DNA from: an uncultured Planctomycetales bacterium
GTDB lineage: Bacteria > Omnitrophota > Gorgyraeia > Gygaellales > Profunditerraquicolaceae
DNA: 64,000 bases
NCBI GenBank assembly: GCA_964427405.1
Contig: CAYRUB010000006.1
Coordinates: forward strand, 15,558 to 79,557
Direction of reading: 5' to 3'
Shown here: positions 10,243 through 20,065 of the stretch, in pieces
Layout: each line of letters begins with the position of its first letter
How positions within the stretch are numbered: the first letter of the stretch is position 1
Translations under genes and position numbers: made by a program
The notes under the pieces: model-generated
Databases searched by the model: none
Told to the model about the DNA's origin: nothing
Seen by the model: only the letters and a program-made list of their open reading frames with translations

Positions 10243-11487
10243 GTGCAAAAGATAAAGATTGTAGTAATCGGCGGTGGGCCATCGGGTATGATGGCAGCGA
10301 TCCGGGCTGCAGGCCTTGGCCAGGATGTAACTCTTCTTGAAAAGAAAGACTCTCTCGGTAACAAACTCCTTTTAAGCGGCAAGGGCCGCTGCAACCTTAC
10401 AAATACAGAAGACCTCGAATATTTTCTGAAGCGATTCTCTAAAAACGGCGATTTTCTAAGGGATGCCTTTAAGAAATTTTTTAATCGTGAGCTTATTGAT
10501 TTTTTTGAGCAGCGCGGTTTAAAAATGAAAATAGAGCGTCAGATGCGTGTTTTCCCTCAGAGCGATCGTTCTGCGAGTATTCTTGATATCCTGAAGAAAG
10601 AGCTTGTAAAATCAGGGGTACAGGTTATTTATAAAGCCAAGGTAGTTAATTTACTCTTATCTGCTGGCAAAGTTAAAGCTGTGCGCTTAGAGAATGGTGT
10701 GAATATTGCTTGTGATCGGATAATCTTTGCTTCGGGAGGAGCCAGCTATAGCTTTACCGGCTCTGACGCTTCGGGGATAAATATTGTTCGCAGGCTTGGG
10801 CATGAAATTGTACCTTTGCGGCCAGGATTAATTCCGCTTGATGTAAAGCAGGGTTATCCTAGGAAACTAGAAGGCCTGACCTTGCGTAATATCAGGCTTA
10901 AGTTTTCCGACGGCAAGGTACAAATTGTCTCTGAAATAGGCGAGTTGATTTTTACTGCCTACGGGATATCCGGGCCGCTGGTGATTACTTTAAGCGGTAG
11001 AGTGGTGGATATGTTTTCACAAAATAAAAATGTTTTTGTTGAAATAGATTTAAAGCCGGCCTTATCTATCGAGCAGCTAGACGGCCGTCTACTTAGAGAG
11101 TTCAAGGCAAATGCCAAGAAAAGCATTAAGAACGCGCTTAAGGAATTATTGCCTTTAAGGTTAATCAAGGTTTTTATAGAGGCATCTGCGATTGACTTGC
11201 TTAAGAAATGCAGCCAGATTACGCAAGGAGAAAGAGAAAGAATAATTTCTCTGCTTAAAGGGTTTCGCATGGATATCTCCGGGGCCAGGCCTATTGAAGA
11301 GGGTATGGTTACCCGCGGTGGGGTAAGTTTAAAAGAAATAAATCCACGCACCATGGAGTCACGCCTGATTAAGGGTTTGTATTTTTGCGGAGAGATGATT
11401 GATGTGGATGCGGATACCGGAGGTTTTAACCTTCAGGCGGCATTCTCGACGGGTTATTTGGCAGGCGAAAGCGCTACGATAAGTTAA
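10243..11487 (+). CDS. NAD(P)/FAD-dependent oxidoreductase, HI0933/BaiN-like flavoprotein (GTG start)
   Basis: Rossmann GGGPSGMMAA N-terminus; about 414 aa; HI0933-family C-terminal GGFNLQAAFSTG. Confidence 0.75.
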   Translation: MQKIKIVVIGGGPSGMMAAIRAAGLGQDVTLLEKKDSLGNKLLLSGKGRCNLTNTEDLEYFLKRFSKNGDFLRDAFKKFFNRELIDFFEQRGLKMKIERQMRVFPQSDRSASILDILKKELVKSGVQVIYKAKVVNLLLSAGKVKAVRLENGVNIACDRIIFASGGASYSFTGSDASGINIVRRLGHEIVPLRPGLIPLDVKQGYPRKLEGLTLRNIRLKFSDGKVQIVSEIGELIFTAYGISGPLVITLSGRVVDMFSQNKNVFVEIDLKPALSIEQLDGRLLREFKANAKKSIKNALKELLPLRLIKVFIEASAIDLLKKCSQITQGERERIISLLKGFRMDISGARPIEEGMVTRGGVSLKEINPRTMESRLIKGLYFCGEMIDVDADTGGFNLQAAFSTGYLAGESATIS

Positions 11488-11587
11488 CGGGTCCTGCCAC
11501 GGCGCCACCCTGTTGTCCTCGCTATTCGCTGCGGTCAGCAGGGGACTCGTCGCCGTGTCACCCGTTAATTAAAATCGAGGCATATAT

Positions 11588-12934
11588 ATGAAACAGATAC
11601 AAATATATTTAGCGTCCCACTCTAAGGCCCGCCGGAAGTTATTAAAAGATATGGGTCTGAAGTTTAAAGTCCTCCCGGGCAAAGTTAAAGAGGAAAGGAA
11701 AACCAGGAGAATTTCTTATATCGAGTTGGTAAAGTTGAATGCACTGAGGAAGGCTAAAGATGTTGCCTCAAGAGTAAAGAGCGGAGTTATTATTGCTGCG
11801 GATACTATTTGCGTGCAGGGTGGTAAAATATTCGGCAAGCCGAGAAATATGCAGGATGCCCGTAGCATGCTTAAAAAATTATCAAGCCGTCAGCAGCGTC
11901 TATATACCGGCTTGGCAGTTATAAAAAAAGGCAGAGAAGGAGAAAGGCTTTTACTTGACCATGAAGAAACTAAAGTTTATATGGATAAGTTAAGCGATGC
12001 TGAGATCGCTAATTATTTTAAACAGGTTTCTCCAATGGACAAGGCGGGAAGTTTTGATATCCAGGGCAAAGGGGCTTTTTTTATTAAGAGGATAGATGGG
12101 TGTTTTTATAATGTCGTAGGGCTGCCTTTAAGAAAACTTTACCGGATTTTTCGAAAACTGGGGTTGTTTTTGATGGCCGGGGCATTTTTTGTTATAAGCG
12201 GCTGCTCAACTGAATACAACCTGGCTACCAAGCAAGAAGAAAAATATTATTACAGCACGGATAAAGAAGTACAGATGGGCCGGTCAATTGACCGGCAAGT
12301 GGAAAAACAATATAAATTTTCAGCTGACCCACTGCAGCAAAAACGCGTTGAGGATATAGGTAAAAAAATAGCCGCGGTAAGCGACCGGAAAGAAATTGAT
12401 TATCATTTTCGGGTTTTGGAGGATGACCAGGTGAATGCCGTTTCTCTTCCCGGCGGTTATATTTATGTAAACAGCGGGCTATTGGAGAAGGTTTCAAATA
12501 ATGATGAACTTGCCTGTGTTTTGGCGCATGAAGTAGGGCATATCGTAGCCCGGCATAGCATTAAGAAGCTACAGGCAATGCAAAGCTATACTGTTTTAAG
12601 ATTATTAGTAGCGGTAGCTCCGGGTACAGGAGAAGTGGGGACTGCCGCAGATGTTGCTTTTACCCAGTTTCTTCTTGGCTATAGCCGCGAGGATGAATTG
12701 CTCGCCGATCAATTGGGGGCGCGTTATGCTAAGCTTGCAGGTTATGATCCACATGGCATGATTACTTTTTTAACCAAGCTGCAAGATATAAACCGCAGGA
12801 TGCCGATTCAGGAGAAGTCTTATTATAAAACTCATCCCTATGTTCCTGACAGGATTAGGGTGGTTAAGCAGGAGATGGGGGAAGGAATAGATTTCGGTGA
12901 TTACATCAATATTGAACAAAAGCCTCACGAATAA
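11588..12934 (+). CDS. Maf-like NTP pyrophosphatase (res 1-195) in frame with an M48-family Zn-metallopeptidase lipoprotein (res 196-448)
   Basis: Maf N-terminus (LASHSKARRKLL...AADTIC) and C-terminal VVGLPL. Then an internal Met at nt 12173 followed by lipobox LMAGAFFVISGC and an HEVGHIVARH (HExxH) M48 domain. No stop codon separates the two parts. Confidence 0.6.
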   Translation: MKQIQIYLASHSKARRKLLKDMGLKFKVLPGKVKEERKTRRISYIELVKLNALRKAKDVASRVKSGVIIAADTICVQGGKIFGKPRNMQDARSMLKKLSSRQQRLYTGLAVIKKGREGERLLLDHEETKVYMDKLSDAEIANYFKQVSPMDKAGSFDIQGKGAFFIKRIDGCFYNVVGLPLRKLYRIFRKLGLFLMAGAFFVISGCSTEYNLATKQEEKYYYSTDKEVQMGRSIDRQVEKQYKFSADPLQQKRVEDIGKKIAAVSDRKEIDYHFRVLEDDQVNAVSLPGGYIYVNSGLLEKVSNNDELACVLAHEVGHIVARHSIKKLQAMQSYTVLRLLVAVAPGTGEVGTAADVAFTQFLLGYSREDELLADQLGARYAKLAGYDPHGMITFLTKLQDINRRMPIQEKSYYKTHPYVPDRIRVVKQEMGEGIDFGDYINIEQKPHE

Positions 12935-14057
12935 GATAATTTGGTTTATAGTTTTAGTTTTGTTGATCTTCTCTGGTATTTACGCCGGAGAGTCTTTACT
13001 AAAGTCAAATATGAAAAATGATACGGTTATTTTAAGCAAAGAAAATCTTAATAATCCTTTCGGGGTCTTGGAATTTTTACATTGGAATCACTCCTGGAAT
13101 AATTATAAATATTCATCTAAGCGGGATCTGGAAAAAACCGCCTCTTTGATGCAGGAGGCAGGAGTAGGCTGGGTAAGAGTTGATTTTTTATGGAGTGATA
13201 TAGAGCCTCAGGAAGGCAAGTTTGATTTTGCCAAATATGATGGCATTGTCCAGTTGCTTAAGGATAAGGGGATGCATATTCTAGGAATTTTACATTATAG
13301 TACTGATTGGGCGTCCGCGTGCGGAAAATGGAACTGCCCGCCAAAAGAAAATAAGTTTTTTATTAAGTACGCCAGCCGGGTTATCCAGCGCTATAAGGAT
13401 CAGGTTAAATACTGGGAGCTTTGGAATGAGCCGGATTCTCCTACTTACTGGAAAGAGCAGGATGGCCTAAAATCTTATTGTGCTTTATTGAAGGAAGTTT
13501 ATGTTGCTGCTAAACAGATTGACCCTGAATGTAAAATTTTAAACGGCGGAGTTGCCAATGGCGCCTCCAGCGTTAATCATTTATATGATAATGGGGCAAA
13601 AGATTATTTCGATATACTAAACATCCATTTCTTCCAAAACCCCCTGCATCCCGGGGCAATTAAGGCAGTGGTAAGTTATCCGAAATTAGTCTATAAGATA
13701 ATGCAGCGTAATGGCGACGGGGATAAAAAGATATGGATTACCGAGATCGGCTGCCCCGGAGTAAAGAGATGGTTAAGTGTCGGTAACTGGTGGTTGGGCA
13801 AGAATCCTAGTGAGAGCAAACAAGCCAAATGGCTTAAGGATGTGTATACAGAATTATTGAAAGATGCTCATGTTGAAAAAGTATTTTGGGCTTTTTTCAG
13901 GGATACAAAAAACCACTGGAATAACGGAGTAGACTATTTCGGCCTGGTACGCTGGGGTTTTTCCCGTAAACCTTCTTTTTACGCGTATCAGGAGTGTTTC
14001 CGCAAATGGTTTTTTGAATACAGGAAAAATAGTGGTATACTTAATCCAGGGGGGTGA
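12897..14057 (+). CDS. Glycoside hydrolase, clan GH-A (GH5/GH39-like), N-terminal membrane anchor
   Basis: Acid/base ELWNEPD and nucleophile IWITEIG motifs at typical spacing; N-terminal TM helix. Start is uncertain because it overlaps the upstream gene by 38 nt. Confidence 0.55.
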   Translation: MITSILNKSLTNKIIWFIVLVLLIFSGIYAGESLLKSNMKNDTVILSKENLNNPFGVLEFLHWNHSWNNYKYSSKRDLEKTASLMQEAGVGWVRVDFLWSDIEPQEGKFDFAKYDGIVQLLKDKGMHILGILHYSTDWASACGKWNCPPKENKFFIKYASRVIQRYKDQVKYWELWNEPDSPTYWKEQDGLKSYCALLKEVYVAAKQIDPECKILNGGVANGASSVNHLYDNGAKDYFDILNIHFFQNPLHPGAIKAVVSYPKLVYKIMQRNGDGDKKIWITEIGCPGVKRWLSVGNWWLGKNPSESKQAKWLKDVYTELLKDAHVEKVFWAFFRDTKNHWNNGVDYFGLVRWGFSRKPSFYAYQECFRKWFFEYRKNSGILNPGG

Positions 14058-14449
14058 TGCTCTTGAAGAAGAAAATAATGATTATTGACGACGAAGAGAG
14101 TTTTGCCTCAATGCTTAAGATGCGAATTGAGAACTCCGGAGATTATGAAGTTACGGTTTCCCCGGAAGCAAAAGATATAATCAGCCGCATACATGAGATC
14201 AGGCCGGATGTTATCTTATTGGATCTGCTTATGCCCGGTATTGGCGGACTGGATATTGGTGATATGCTGAATCATGACCCTATCGGCCTGACTATCCCGG
14301 TAATAGTAGTTTCAGGCCTGGATAATCCTATGGACAAGATTAAGGCTTATAAGCTTGGGATTAGCGATTACTTGGTTAAGCCTGTTGATGATCTAAAGCT
14401 GATCAAGGCAATAGAAAAAGCCATTGAATTGAAATCAGGACAATCCTGA
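14054..14449 (+). CDS. Single-domain response regulator receiver (CheY-like)
   Basis: IMIIDDEE...ILLDLLMPG...VVSG...K; 131 aa REC domain. Confidence 0.75.
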   Translation: MMLLKKKIMIIDDEESFASMLKMRIENSGDYEVTVSPEAKDIISRIHEIRPDVILLDLLMPGIGGLDIGDMLNHDPIGLTIPVIVVSGLDNPMDKIKAYKLGISDYLVKPVDDLKLIKAIEKAIELKSGQS

Positions 14450-14477
14450 AGTGGGAGTCCTTCTCCGTACAATTTAG

Positions 14478-14558
14478 TGCGGGGAGAGGGAGTTGAACCC
14501 TCAAGGGTTACCCCACACGCTTCTGAGACGTGCGCGTATGCCATTCCGCCACCCCCGC
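14478..14558 (-). tRNA. tRNA-Leu(CAG), class II with long variable arm
   Basis: Minus-strand fold: acceptor GCGGGGG/TCCCCGC, 3-bp D-stem, anticodon loop CUCAGAA (anticodon CAG), 13-nt variable arm, T-loop GGGTTCAACTCCC, discriminator A. CCA not encoded. Confidence 0.7.
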
Positions 14559-14702
14559 AATGCAATTAAGTATATATTAGCCTCTTTATCCTGTCAATTA
14601 GTTTAGTGTTTTGCCTTGATATAAAGGGATTGCGGCAAGGTTTTTTTGCTGTTATAATACTCCTTTCTTAGAACCTAAGCTATTGTCATACAGGGAGAAA
14701 TA

Positions 14703-15659
14703 ATGTTTTTAACTTATTTTAGGATTACTGGTATAGCCATGGCCCAGATATTTTCTTTGGGCGCATTAGGGTATATTTTTGTAAAGAAAAATATACTTTC
14801 CCACGCAGGCCTGGATGCTTTAAGCCGGCTGGTTATACAGGTCATTTTTCCGGCCTTAATCTTTACCCAGCTACTTGAGAATTTTAGTTTTAACCTTTAT
14901 CCTGACTGGTGGATTTTTCCGCTCGTCAGTTTGTTAATTACTATTGCCGGTTTGATAGTGGGTTGGTTATTGCTTAAACTTTTGAAATTAAAGACGCATA
15001 AACTGCAGTTTTTAAGTTTGGTCGGTTTTCAGAACTCCGGGTATCTTCCTTTGGCAATTGTTGCGGCGATATTCTCTGGCCAGGATGCCGCCAATATGTT
15101 TATTTTTATAATATTATTTCTTTTGGGTTTTGATCTGGTGGCCTGGTCCTGCGGTATCTATATGCTTACTTATGAAAAACAGGCAAAATTCAGGATGCGC
15201 AGTATTTTTAGCCCTCCGGTGATCGCGAATTTAGCAACCCTTGCGCTTATATCGTTAGGCCTGAATAAATTTATCCCGGCTAGTGTGTTTAAGCCAATTG
15301 AAATGATCGGTAATTGTACTCTGCCATTGGCTATGTTTGTAGTCGGTGGCAATATTGCCATGGTGCAGTTAAAGAATATTGATAAAAGAGCAGTTTTTTT
15401 TCTTCTTCTGGGCAAGTTAATTATTCTTCCGGCGCTTGGAATAGCCGTAGTGCTAAGACTCGGGCTTTCTCATCTGTTGGGTTTCTTGATTATTATGCAG
15501 TTGGCTATGCCTTCGGCAACTTCCTTGTCGGTAATTATCCGGCATTACAAAAAAGAGGATGCCTTGATTAGCCAGGGGGTGTTCTTCAGTCATATTGTCA
15601 GCCTCTTGACTATCCCCTTATTTTTGAGTTTGTATTTATCTATGGCTGTGCTAAAATGA
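14703..15659 (+). CDS. AEC (auxin efflux carrier) family transporter
   Basis: About 10-TM protein of 318 aa with the two-repeat AEC/malate-permease-like architecture. Confidence 0.75.
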   Translation: MFLTYFRITGIAMAQIFSLGALGYIFVKKNILSHAGLDALSRLVIQVIFPALIFTQLLENFSFNLYPDWWIFPLVSLLITIAGLIVGWLLLKLLKLKTHKLQFLSLVGFQNSGYLPLAIVAAIFSGQDAANMFIFIILFLLGFDLVAWSCGIYMLTYEKQAKFRMRSIFSPPVIANLATLALISLGLNKFIPASVFKPIEMIGNCTLPLAMFVVGGNIAMVQLKNIDKRAVFFLLLGKLIILPALGIAVVLRLGLSHLLGFLIIMQLAMPSATSLSVIIRHYKKEDALISQGVFFSHIVSLLTIPLFLSLYLSMAVLK

Positions 15660-16108
15660 GTAAATCTATCCTTACTAACCGCAAAGCTTACAGGGATTAT
15701 GAAGTTCTTGAGACTTTAGAGTGTGGTATTGAACTAAAGGGCTCTGAAGTAAAATCTTTACGCGCGGGGAAGATTAATTTAAACGATAGTTTTGCCCGTA
15801 TTGAGAAACTAGAGGCTTTTTTATATAACGCACACATCAGCCATTATACAGAAGCCAGCTATCTGAATGTCGACACGGATAGGATACGCAGGCTTCTTCT
15901 ACACAAGAAGCAGATTGAAAGGATTGCCGGTAAACTTGCCCAGAAAGGCCTGACCTTAATACCGCTTAAGGTTTATTTCAATGACCGGGGTTTTGTAAAG
16001 CTGGAGCTTGGGCTTTGTAAGGGTAAAAAACTTTACGATAAACGAGAAAGTATCAAGCGCAGAGAAACAGATCTTGAGATGCGCCGTGCAGTGAAGAACA
16101 GAAGATAG
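15656..16108 (+). CDS. smpB: SsrA-binding protein
   Basis: KAYRDYEVLETLECGIEL...GSEVKSLR; directly upstream of tmRNA. Confidence 0.9.
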   Translation: MSKSILTNRKAYRDYEVLETLECGIELKGSEVKSLRAGKINLNDSFARIEKLEAFLYNAHISHYTEASYLNVDTDRIRRLLLHKKQIERIAGKLAQKGLTLIPLKVYFNDRGFVKLELGLCKGKKLYDKRESIKRRETDLEMRRAVKNRR

Positions 16109-16110
16109 CA

Positions 16111-16517
16111 GGGGGTGAAAGGGTTCGACTTAAGATATGTCGGATAAAAGCAGCATGCCGCGGAGGTAAGGTTAGCCGCGTTAACAACTCCTTACACAAT
16201 TTAAACGCAAACACGCAAGTGTCACGTTTAGGAACATTTGTCACGCCGTCATTTACGGCAAGACCTATGTTCGTACCAGCCTTCGGGCTTAATTAAGTCC
16301 GAAGCCTCTAACCGTCCTGCCTACGGGATGGATTAGGGCCTAAGTAGGCTAGTTCCGGCGGTTAGCCTTTGAAGCCGGGGCGAAATTAAAAAGGCTGCGC
16401 TTTGCAAATCCTGCCCCGCGGGAGTTGCAAAGGTAAGTTTAAAATGCGGGGCTAAGCATGTAGCGGCTTCTATGCGATTACTTAAGGACGGCGGTTCAAT
16501 TCCGCCCACCTCCACCA
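16111..16517 (+). ncRNA. ssrA: tmRNA (SsrA), standard one-piece form
   Basis: 5' GGGGGUGAAAGGGUUCGAC and 3' GGACGGCGGUUCAAUUCCGCCCACCUCCACCA tRNA-like ends; about 407 nt; immediately after smpB. Confidence 0.85.
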
Positions 16518-16525
16518 TATAACTT

Positions 16526-17614
16526 ATGTTTACTAGAAAAATATATATTTCATATTTTATTTTGTTAGTCTTATTGCTTTCCGGTTGCGCTACTGTTGCG
16601 CCCCAGGTTACTATTCCGGCTTATTCTATAAATGGCGTGACTTATTATCCGCTGGTTAGTTTATGCGATTTGCGCGGAGTAGATATAAAATATGATACGC
16701 TTATACGTACTGCTTATTTAAGCAAGGATTCTAAATATGTAAATTTGCGCGCCGGGGATGCTCTGGTTTTAGTTAACGATAGCATTATGCATCTAAAATC
16801 ACCCATAGATATCTATCAAGGCACGCTTGTCGTTCCTAAGCAATTTAAGGAACAGATATTTGATATACTGTTCCCGCAAGTTATTTCAACGCATCGCCGC
16901 CAGAGCCGGGGGAAAATAAATTTAAATAAGGTGGTCATTGATGCAGGGCATGGAGGCAACGATCCCGGGGCCATAGGAAAAAATAGTTTAAGGGAGAAGG
17001 ATGTAAATCTTGATATAGCCCGGAGATTAAGCGATCTTTTAAGGGCGGAAGGGGTGCGTACGGTGCTCACCCGTTCAAATGACAGGTTTATTCCCCTTTC
17101 CACACGGGTAAATATTGCAAATAAATCAGGCGCGGATTTGTTTATTAGCCTTCATTCTAATGCTAACCGTTCGCGCTCTTTGAGCGGTTTTGAAGTTTAT
17201 TATGTCGCTCCCAGTATAAGTGATTCCAAGCGCGCATCTATGACAGCAAGGAGCGCATCGTTGCATTTAAAGAACGCTGTGTTTGCCAGCAACTCCCAGG
17301 ATTTACAGGCGATTATCTGGGATATGATTTATACAAACAGCCGGGCGGAATCAATAGGATTGGCTCATTCTTTATGCAAGGTTATGGATGCCAGTATTGA
17401 TGCCAATATACTGGGGGTAAAAGGCGCGCGTTTTCAGGTACTGAAAGGGGTAAGGACCCCGGGGATATTAATTGAAGTTGGTTTTGTCTCCAATCTAAGC
17501 GAAGAAAGATTATTAAGGAGCAGCACCTACCGTCAGAGATTAGCCGAAGGTATATTAGAGGGGATCAGGGAATATTCGCAGGATATGGCTTTAGTGGAGG
17601 TATCGTCGAGATGA
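16526..17614 (+). CDS. N-acetylmuramoyl-L-alanine amidase (Amidase_3, AmiC-like) lipoprotein
   Basis: Lipobox LLSGCAT; VVIDAGHGGNDPGA and FISLHSNA amidase_3 motifs. Confidence 0.8.
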   Translation: MFTRKIYISYFILLVLLLSGCATVAPQVTIPAYSINGVTYYPLVSLCDLRGVDIKYDTLIRTAYLSKDSKYVNLRAGDALVLVNDSIMHLKSPIDIYQGTLVVPKQFKEQIFDILFPQVISTHRRQSRGKINLNKVVIDAGHGGNDPGAIGKNSLREKDVNLDIARRLSDLLRAEGVRTVLTRSNDRFIPLSTRVNIANKSGADLFISLHSNANRSRSLSGFEVYYVAPSISDSKRASMTARSASLHLKNAVFASNSQDLQAIIWDMIYTNSRAESIGLAHSLCKVMDASIDANILGVKGARFQVLKGVRTPGILIEVGFVSNLSEERLLRSSTYRQRLAEGILEGIREYSQDMALVEVSSR

Positions 17615-18402
17615 AATCTATCGGTGTTTTTGATTCCGGTGTCGGGGGCCTGACAGTAGTTAAGGAATTGATCCGCCAGCTGCCCAATGAAAACATAGTT
17701 TATTTCGGCGATACGGCCCGCGTCCCTTACGGGATTAAATCGCGTGAAACAGTCATCCGTTTTTCCATTGAGAATATTTTATTTTTATTAAAACAGGATG
17801 TTAAGCTTATTTGCGTTGCCTGTAATACCGCTTCCAGCTTTGCCCTTCCGGTAATAAAGAATTATTTCCGCGCCCCGATTATCGGCGTGATTACTCCCGG
17901 CGTAAGGGAGGCGGTTTATGCTTCGCAAAACAGGCGCATTGGCGTAATTGGAACCAAGGGGACGATTAAAAGCCGCACATATGAAATAGAGATTAAGCAA
18001 CTTGATCCTAAAGCTAAAGTGATTACAGCTTCTTGTCCTTTATTTGTCCCTTTTGTTGAAGAGGGTTGGCTTTCCGGAGAGGTTGTCTTAAATGTGGTAA
18101 GGAGTTATTTAAAACCGCTTAAAGCCGCAGGTGTGGATACGGTAATTTTAGGTTGTACGCATTATCCTTTACTTAAGCCGGTAATTCAGCAGGTCTTGGG
18201 CAAAGATGTTATTTTAATTGATTCCGCCAAACAGGTAGCTTGTGAAGTGAAAAAGATTTTAGCCAGCGAAGACTTGCTTAACCGCGGTAAAGGCGGCACA
18301 CATAAGTTTTATGTTAGCGATAATCCGGAGTGGTTTAGCGGTTTAGCGCAGAGATTCCTGGGCAGGCAATTAAGGAACGTGAAGAAGGTGAACAATGTAT
18401 AG
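17611..18402 (+). CDS. murI: Glutamate racemase
   Basis: GVFDSGVGGLTV...CNTAS...GCTHYP motifs. Confidence 0.9.
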   Translation: MKSIGVFDSGVGGLTVVKELIRQLPNENIVYFGDTARVPYGIKSRETVIRFSIENILFLLKQDVKLICVACNTASSFALPVIKNYFRAPIIGVITPGVREAVYASQNRRIGVIGTKGTIKSRTYEIEIKQLDPKAKVITASCPLFVPFVEEGWLSGEVVLNVVRSYLKPLKAAGVDTVILGCTHYPLLKPVIQQVLGKDVILIDSAKQVACEVKKILASEDLLNRGKGGTHKFYVSDNPEWFSGLAQRFLGRQLRNVKKVNNV

Positions 18403-18751
18403 TCTAAAAGTAGAAGGCACATTTAGCTCCGCGCATAATTTGAGAGGCTACAAAGGCAAGTGCGAGGATCTCCACGGCCATAATTGGCGCGTTGAGATTT
18501 CTGTAAAATCGAAAGATTTGGATCATATCGGAATGGTTTTAGATTTTAAATATCTGAAAAATAAATTAAACGTTGTGCTTGAAAAGATGGACCATAAATA
18601 TTTAAATAAACTGATTTTTTTTAAAAAGATAAACCCGACCTCCGAGAATATCGCAAAATATATTTATAATGAACTTAAAACCCGGATCGCTTTGCTTAAG
18701 AGCGTAACTGTCTGGGAGAACAGTACGAGCAGCGCTACATATGAAGAGTAG
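18395..18751 (+). CDS. queD: 6-carboxy-5,6,7,8-tetrahydropterin synthase
   Basis: CEDLHGHNWRVE zinc/catalytic motif; 118 aa; first gene of a queDCEF run. Confidence 0.85.
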   Translation: MYSLKVEGTFSSAHNLRGYKGKCEDLHGHNWRVEISVKSKDLDHIGMVLDFKYLKNKLNVVLEKMDHKYLNKLIFFKKINPTSENIAKYIYNELKTRIALLKSVTVWENSTSSATYEE

Positions 18752-19397
18752 AGGAGTTAAGCAGGCGGTAGTTCTTTTGTCCGGAGGCCTTGATTCAGCA
18801 ACAGTTCTGTATCTTGCTAAAGCAAGAGGATATCTTTGCCGTTGTTTGATCTTTGATTACGGCCAACTGCATAAAAAAGAGATCAATCAAGCTGTGAAAA
18901 TAGCTAAGGCAGCCGGGTGCGCTTATAAAATTTTAAAGATAGATTTTCCTTGGAAAGGGTCTGCTCTTTTAGATCAGAAAATAAAGGTTCCTGAAAAAAT
19001 TAGCGGGGGCATCCCGGCTACTTATGTGCCGTCGCGCAATATTATTTTCTTGAGTTTTGCCGCTTCGTTTGCCGAGACAATAAAGGCACAGGCGATTTTT
19101 ATCGGAGCGCATGCCCAGGATTATTCCGGTTATCCGGATTGCCGGCCGGAGTTTTTCACAGCTTTTAGCAAAATGGTCAAGGCTGGTACCTACGGAGGTT
19201 TTAAAATTCTTTCGCCGTTGTTGCGTAAGAATAAATCGCAGATTATTCTTTTGGGTCAGAAGTTTGGTGTGCCGTTTGAATTAACCTGGTCATGTTACCG
19301 CGGGGCAAAAACTCCTTGCGCAAAATGCGACAGTTGTTATTACCGCGCCAAAGGTTTTAAAGAGGCGGGCTTGGTTGACCCGTTGATTAAGAAATGA
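18741..19397 (+). CDS. queC: 7-cyano-7-deazaguanine synthase
   Basis: PP-loop VLLSGGLDS; C-terminal zinc cysteines CxxC...C. Confidence 0.9.
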   Translation: MKSRGVKQAVVLLSGGLDSATVLYLAKARGYLCRCLIFDYGQLHKKEINQAVKIAKAAGCAYKILKIDFPWKGSALLDQKIKVPEKISGGIPATYVPSRNIIFLSFAASFAETIKAQAIFIGAHAQDYSGYPDCRPEFFTAFSKMVKAGTYGGFKILSPLLRKNKSQIILLGQKFGVPFELTWSCYRGAKTPCAKCDSCYYRAKGFKEAGLVDPLIKK

Positions 19398-20065
19398 AAG
19401 CAAAAATTGTGGAAGTTTTTGACAGTGTGCAGGGAGAAGGCCTGTATTTGGGCGAGAAGCAGATCTTTGTGCGTTTTCATGACTGCAATTTAAAATGCAG
19501 TTTCTGCGATACCAAGCCGGATAGATTTATGGAGTATGAACCTCAAGAATTGTTTGCCGAGATCAAGCTTTACCGCGATAAGTATCATTCCATTTCTTTT
19601 ACCGGCGGGGAGCCGCTTTTATGCAAAGATTTCTTAAAAGAAATATTGCAACTTACTGCCAAGCATGGCCATAGGCATTACCTGGAGACAAACGGTACCC
19701 TGGCTTCTGAACTGGAAGAACTTATTGAGCATATAGATATAGTGGCGATGGATTTAAAGTTTCCCAGCTCAACCGGTATGGGAGAGCTCTGGGATAAGCA
19801 CAAGAATTTCTTAAAAGTTGCCCGTCGGAAAGAGGTGTTTTTAAAAGCGATTATTTGTCAGGGGACTAGTGAAGAGGATTTAAGGCAGGCGCTTGAGCTG
19901 ATTAAAGAGGTAAATCCGGTGAGTATTTTAATTTTACAGCCGAATAGTAATGAGAATCATGGGGCTTTGAATGAAAAATTGTCTAAATTTAAAAAGATTT
20001 GCAGTCAGGAAAGGGTTACTGCCTGCGTTATACCGCAGATACATAAAATAGTAGGAGTAAGATGA
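19394..20065 (+). CDS. queE: 7-carboxy-7-deazaguanine synthase (radical SAM)
   Basis: CNLKCSFCDT cluster motif; 223 aa. Confidence 0.85.
   Translation: MKAKIVEVFDSVQGEGLYLGEKQIFVRFHDCNLKCSFCDTKPDRFMEYEPQELFAEIKLYRDKYHSISFTGGEPLLCKDFLKEILQLTAKHGHRHYLETNGTLASELEELIEHIDIVAMDLKFPSSTGMGELWDKHKNFLKVARRKEVFLKAIICQGTSEEDLRQALELIKEVNPVSILILQPNSNENHGALNEKLSKFKKICSQERVTACVIPQIHKIVGVR

Noticed and set aside
14368-14565. 65-aa minus-strand ORF
   Set aside because: Overlaps tRNA-Leu and the 3' end of the response-regulator gene; artefact.
16333-16518. 61-aa minus-strand ORF
   Set aside because: Lies entirely within the tmRNA gene; artefact of an RNA gene.
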